A stretch of 64,000 nucleotides of DNA. It comes from Octopus vulgaris (lineage: Eukaryota). Both the position numbers and the translations under genes were made by a program. Each line of letters begins with the position of its first letter. The stretch's first letter is position 1. The DNA is taken from NCBI GenBank assembly GCA_951406725.2, contig OX597814.1, forward strand, positions 146,258,001 through 146,322,000. Reading direction: 5' to 3'. This document shows, piece by piece, positions 61,327 through 64,000 of the stretch. The notes under the pieces were generated by a model that saw nothing but the letters and a program-made list of their open reading frames with translations, ran no database searches and was not told the origin of the DNA.

Positions 61327-64000
61327 TCTATATGTCTGTGTTTGTGTTTCTCCACTACCATCAATCGACCACTTCTGTTGGTTCGCTAACATTCTCTTGT
61401 TATAACGTTCGGCAAAAGTAACCAATAAAATAATTTCAAGTCTTTAAAAAATGCCGGGCTCCATTTGTTCTTCTTAAGTTGGCGCCCCAGCATTGGCACG
61501 GTCCAAGGCCTAAATGGTATTATAATATACATTGCAAATATAAATAAATAGATAAATAAAAGAAAACAAAATAAATAAAGCCAAATAAATGTAAATTACA
61601 TATGTTATATCATGGCTCTCTACAACACTGAATACGACCTGAAAGAGAATTATTTGGGCTTATTTGTAGTCACTCAATGTGTTGGCGCAATTTTCGTGTA
61701 AAAAATAGAACAACCCTTCCTTCTTTTTGCTATCTATAGTATTTAGATAGCATCTAACCAATATGTTGCGATGCATATGTGCTATCGTGTAGTTCTCCTT
61801 TTCAACATTATAAACAAGTGAGTACATCGTAGATGTTTGACAAGGGTTTCGTGCTTTCCCTTTTACGCGTGGTTGTAGAGCCGTAAATTCGTTCCCGATG
61901 AATTCCTCAGGTTTAAGTAGCGCACCTAATTATCTCACATGTATTTTCATTTCTCTTTACATAAAATGATTGACACTAGTTATAACATGTCGATGTTTGG
62001 TGGACGACATATTAACTCTGACCTTCACGGCTAGCCGTCTTAATGTAAGAGGATGAAGATCATTTTCTTGACACTAATATTGGACTTCTAATGAGTTTTG
62101 TGACAATCAACATTTGTCTTGCTCACCATGGGAATGATAAATAGCTTCTGTGACCTAATTCTTTTCGAAAATCTCTGTATTTGCGATTGTCTAAAACCCA
62201 TTGACCTTTTATGCTTTTGCTTTAAAAACTTACTGAACATTACTGGGCTGTTTCCAGATCTGCAGTGGAACGTTTAACACGGCTTTTCTTTTCATATTAA
62301 ATACCTTACTTTGCTTGGTATTAATTTTCGTTGCTGATATCGCTCTGCAGTTCTTGCATTGGTGAACGATCTCTAGCGAGACCCTGCTTTAGTATGTATA
62401 TCCTTGTGATTTTTCTCTGAATGTCCTATATCTGCTATACAAAACGAATACATCTACAAGTATGACATAATTGGGGTTCCGATGAACAGGAAATTATTCC
62501 ACCATTATTTATTACAAAGGAAAATTATGGCATATCCATACACGTGAAGTTGTTTCAAAGTACTGCAAAGTTAATATTCCTCCAGACATGCCGATCCAAA
62601 TACACGATGAGATCAATATTAATTCACCATAGATTTTTGCCTGGGACAACAGATAAGGAAGACCTTCCTTATGGTGTATTCGTTCCATGCAATACTTTCA
62701 CAGAAATGAAAAACATTTTGAAAAGCTAACAGAAAAAAAAAAAACGTTTAACCTTATACCAGAGAAAGGTCTCATAGTATGTCAAAACATTGTGAGGAAT
62801 AGTTTGTTGCGCACCAGCTGGAAGATCAGGGTTCATCCAGTGAATATTTCTAGTCAACTCTTAACGGCAAATGAATCATCTCGTAGTCCGAATATATAAT
62901 AGAGTTTCTATAAACGAAAGGGTGAAATTATCCAAGTATATATGTATAAATCTGGAAATATCGATAAGCAGAATGCGGTGAGTGAATATCAAAACAATCC
63001 CAGTAATATGCTTTTAGGACATGCTTAAAACAATGCAGGTGAAAAAAAAAAGCAAAAAGAAACACGTATTTAAACAGTATACTCAGTATTCAGTAAAGAA
63101 CATAACTACACTCTACATAGTGAATACGTTATGAAAAGCATATTCAATACAATAAAAATGATATACAATATATTGCATACAGCCATGAGCAGAAGAGACG
63201 AACTCAATAGTGAAGTGATAGTACGCATTACAAAGTCAGTCGCAGCAGTAATATTAAGAAGATAAATAAGAATAACAATAAGAATATATTCTATTTTTTC
63301 TTATGAATTTTCTGACGTTAAAGTAATATATTAATTTAATACAAAAGAAATAAATCGTGTGCATGAGCTTCTTATTATTAGAAGAACGAAATAAAAAAAT
63401 CAAACGCGTAGAACATAAACCATTTATGCATGATGGTGAAAGAGAGAAATAAAGAAAAAAAAAACATTTAGGGTATAGCTATATAATCAAATAAGATAAC
63501 GAAAGTACAAAATACACAAGCAGAATATCGTGCCTGCAGCGGGGGGAAAATAATAGATTATATGTAATAAAATATTTACACACCAACTCATCTAGTTTTT
63601 AGAAAATAACAGTTAAATTTTTCCTCCCTGAAATGTTCTTCCATGATCTCTGAAATATAATCCGTCTTACGGAATAAATTTTGTTACTTTACCGTAATAG
63701 CTTAGATTAATGCTGCAGAAAACAACAACAGCAACAATTGTTTAGACTTCCTATGATTATTAGAGTAATGAAAAGAGCTGAAACCTTATCACCCTAAGAC
63801 AGCGAACGTTATTTATGCACCAGTCATTTAAACGAATAATACAAACCAAAGAAATATCTTCTCCAAACAGCAACAATTGATTATAACACGCATTTATTCT
63901 TTTGCATACAAGGCAAGATGATAATACTCAGAACATTGTGTATCCACCATAACAATAAGTTGTGTTTGGAGATATTGCTGTTTGTTAAACAGATATGAAA

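Noticed and set aside
61900-62990. Possible ancient LINE fragments (CRPP-like motif on minus)
   Set aside because: Only isolated short motifs; a translated search is needed.

Overview
AT-rich, repeat-saturated metazoan DNA with no recognisable host protein-coding exon. The SINE families resemble cephalopod (octopus-like) ones, which is an inference. Most short ORFs in the track are translated microsatellites. The centrepiece is a 7.76-kb near-perfect palindrome (45930-53690) made of two outward-facing copies of a Penelope-like retroelement (PLE; RT plus C-terminal GIY-YIG). It has a 549-bp spacer, an imperfect fold-back microhomology at the junction, a long upstream ORF overlapping the RT frame at -1, a TAA shared by both arms, and a minimal hammerhead-like ribozyme (HHR) near each outer end. 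The same layout (inverted arms, outward-facing HHR motifs, next to (TA)n) recurs in two unrelated small elements at 42.1-42.5 kb and 19.4-20.5 kb. Further HHR-like short repeats lie at 23.5, 36.3, 43.2 and 44.0 kb. Also present: a CR1-group LINE 3' half (1-1541), decayed R4/Dong-like and HERO-like LINE pieces, Tigger/pogo, Helitron, mariner and Tc1/mariner-superfamily remnants, a Kolobok-type MITE, a Helentron-type element, three tRNA-derived SINE families and many microsatellites. All alignments and folds were done by eye, so boundaries of decayed repeats are approximate.
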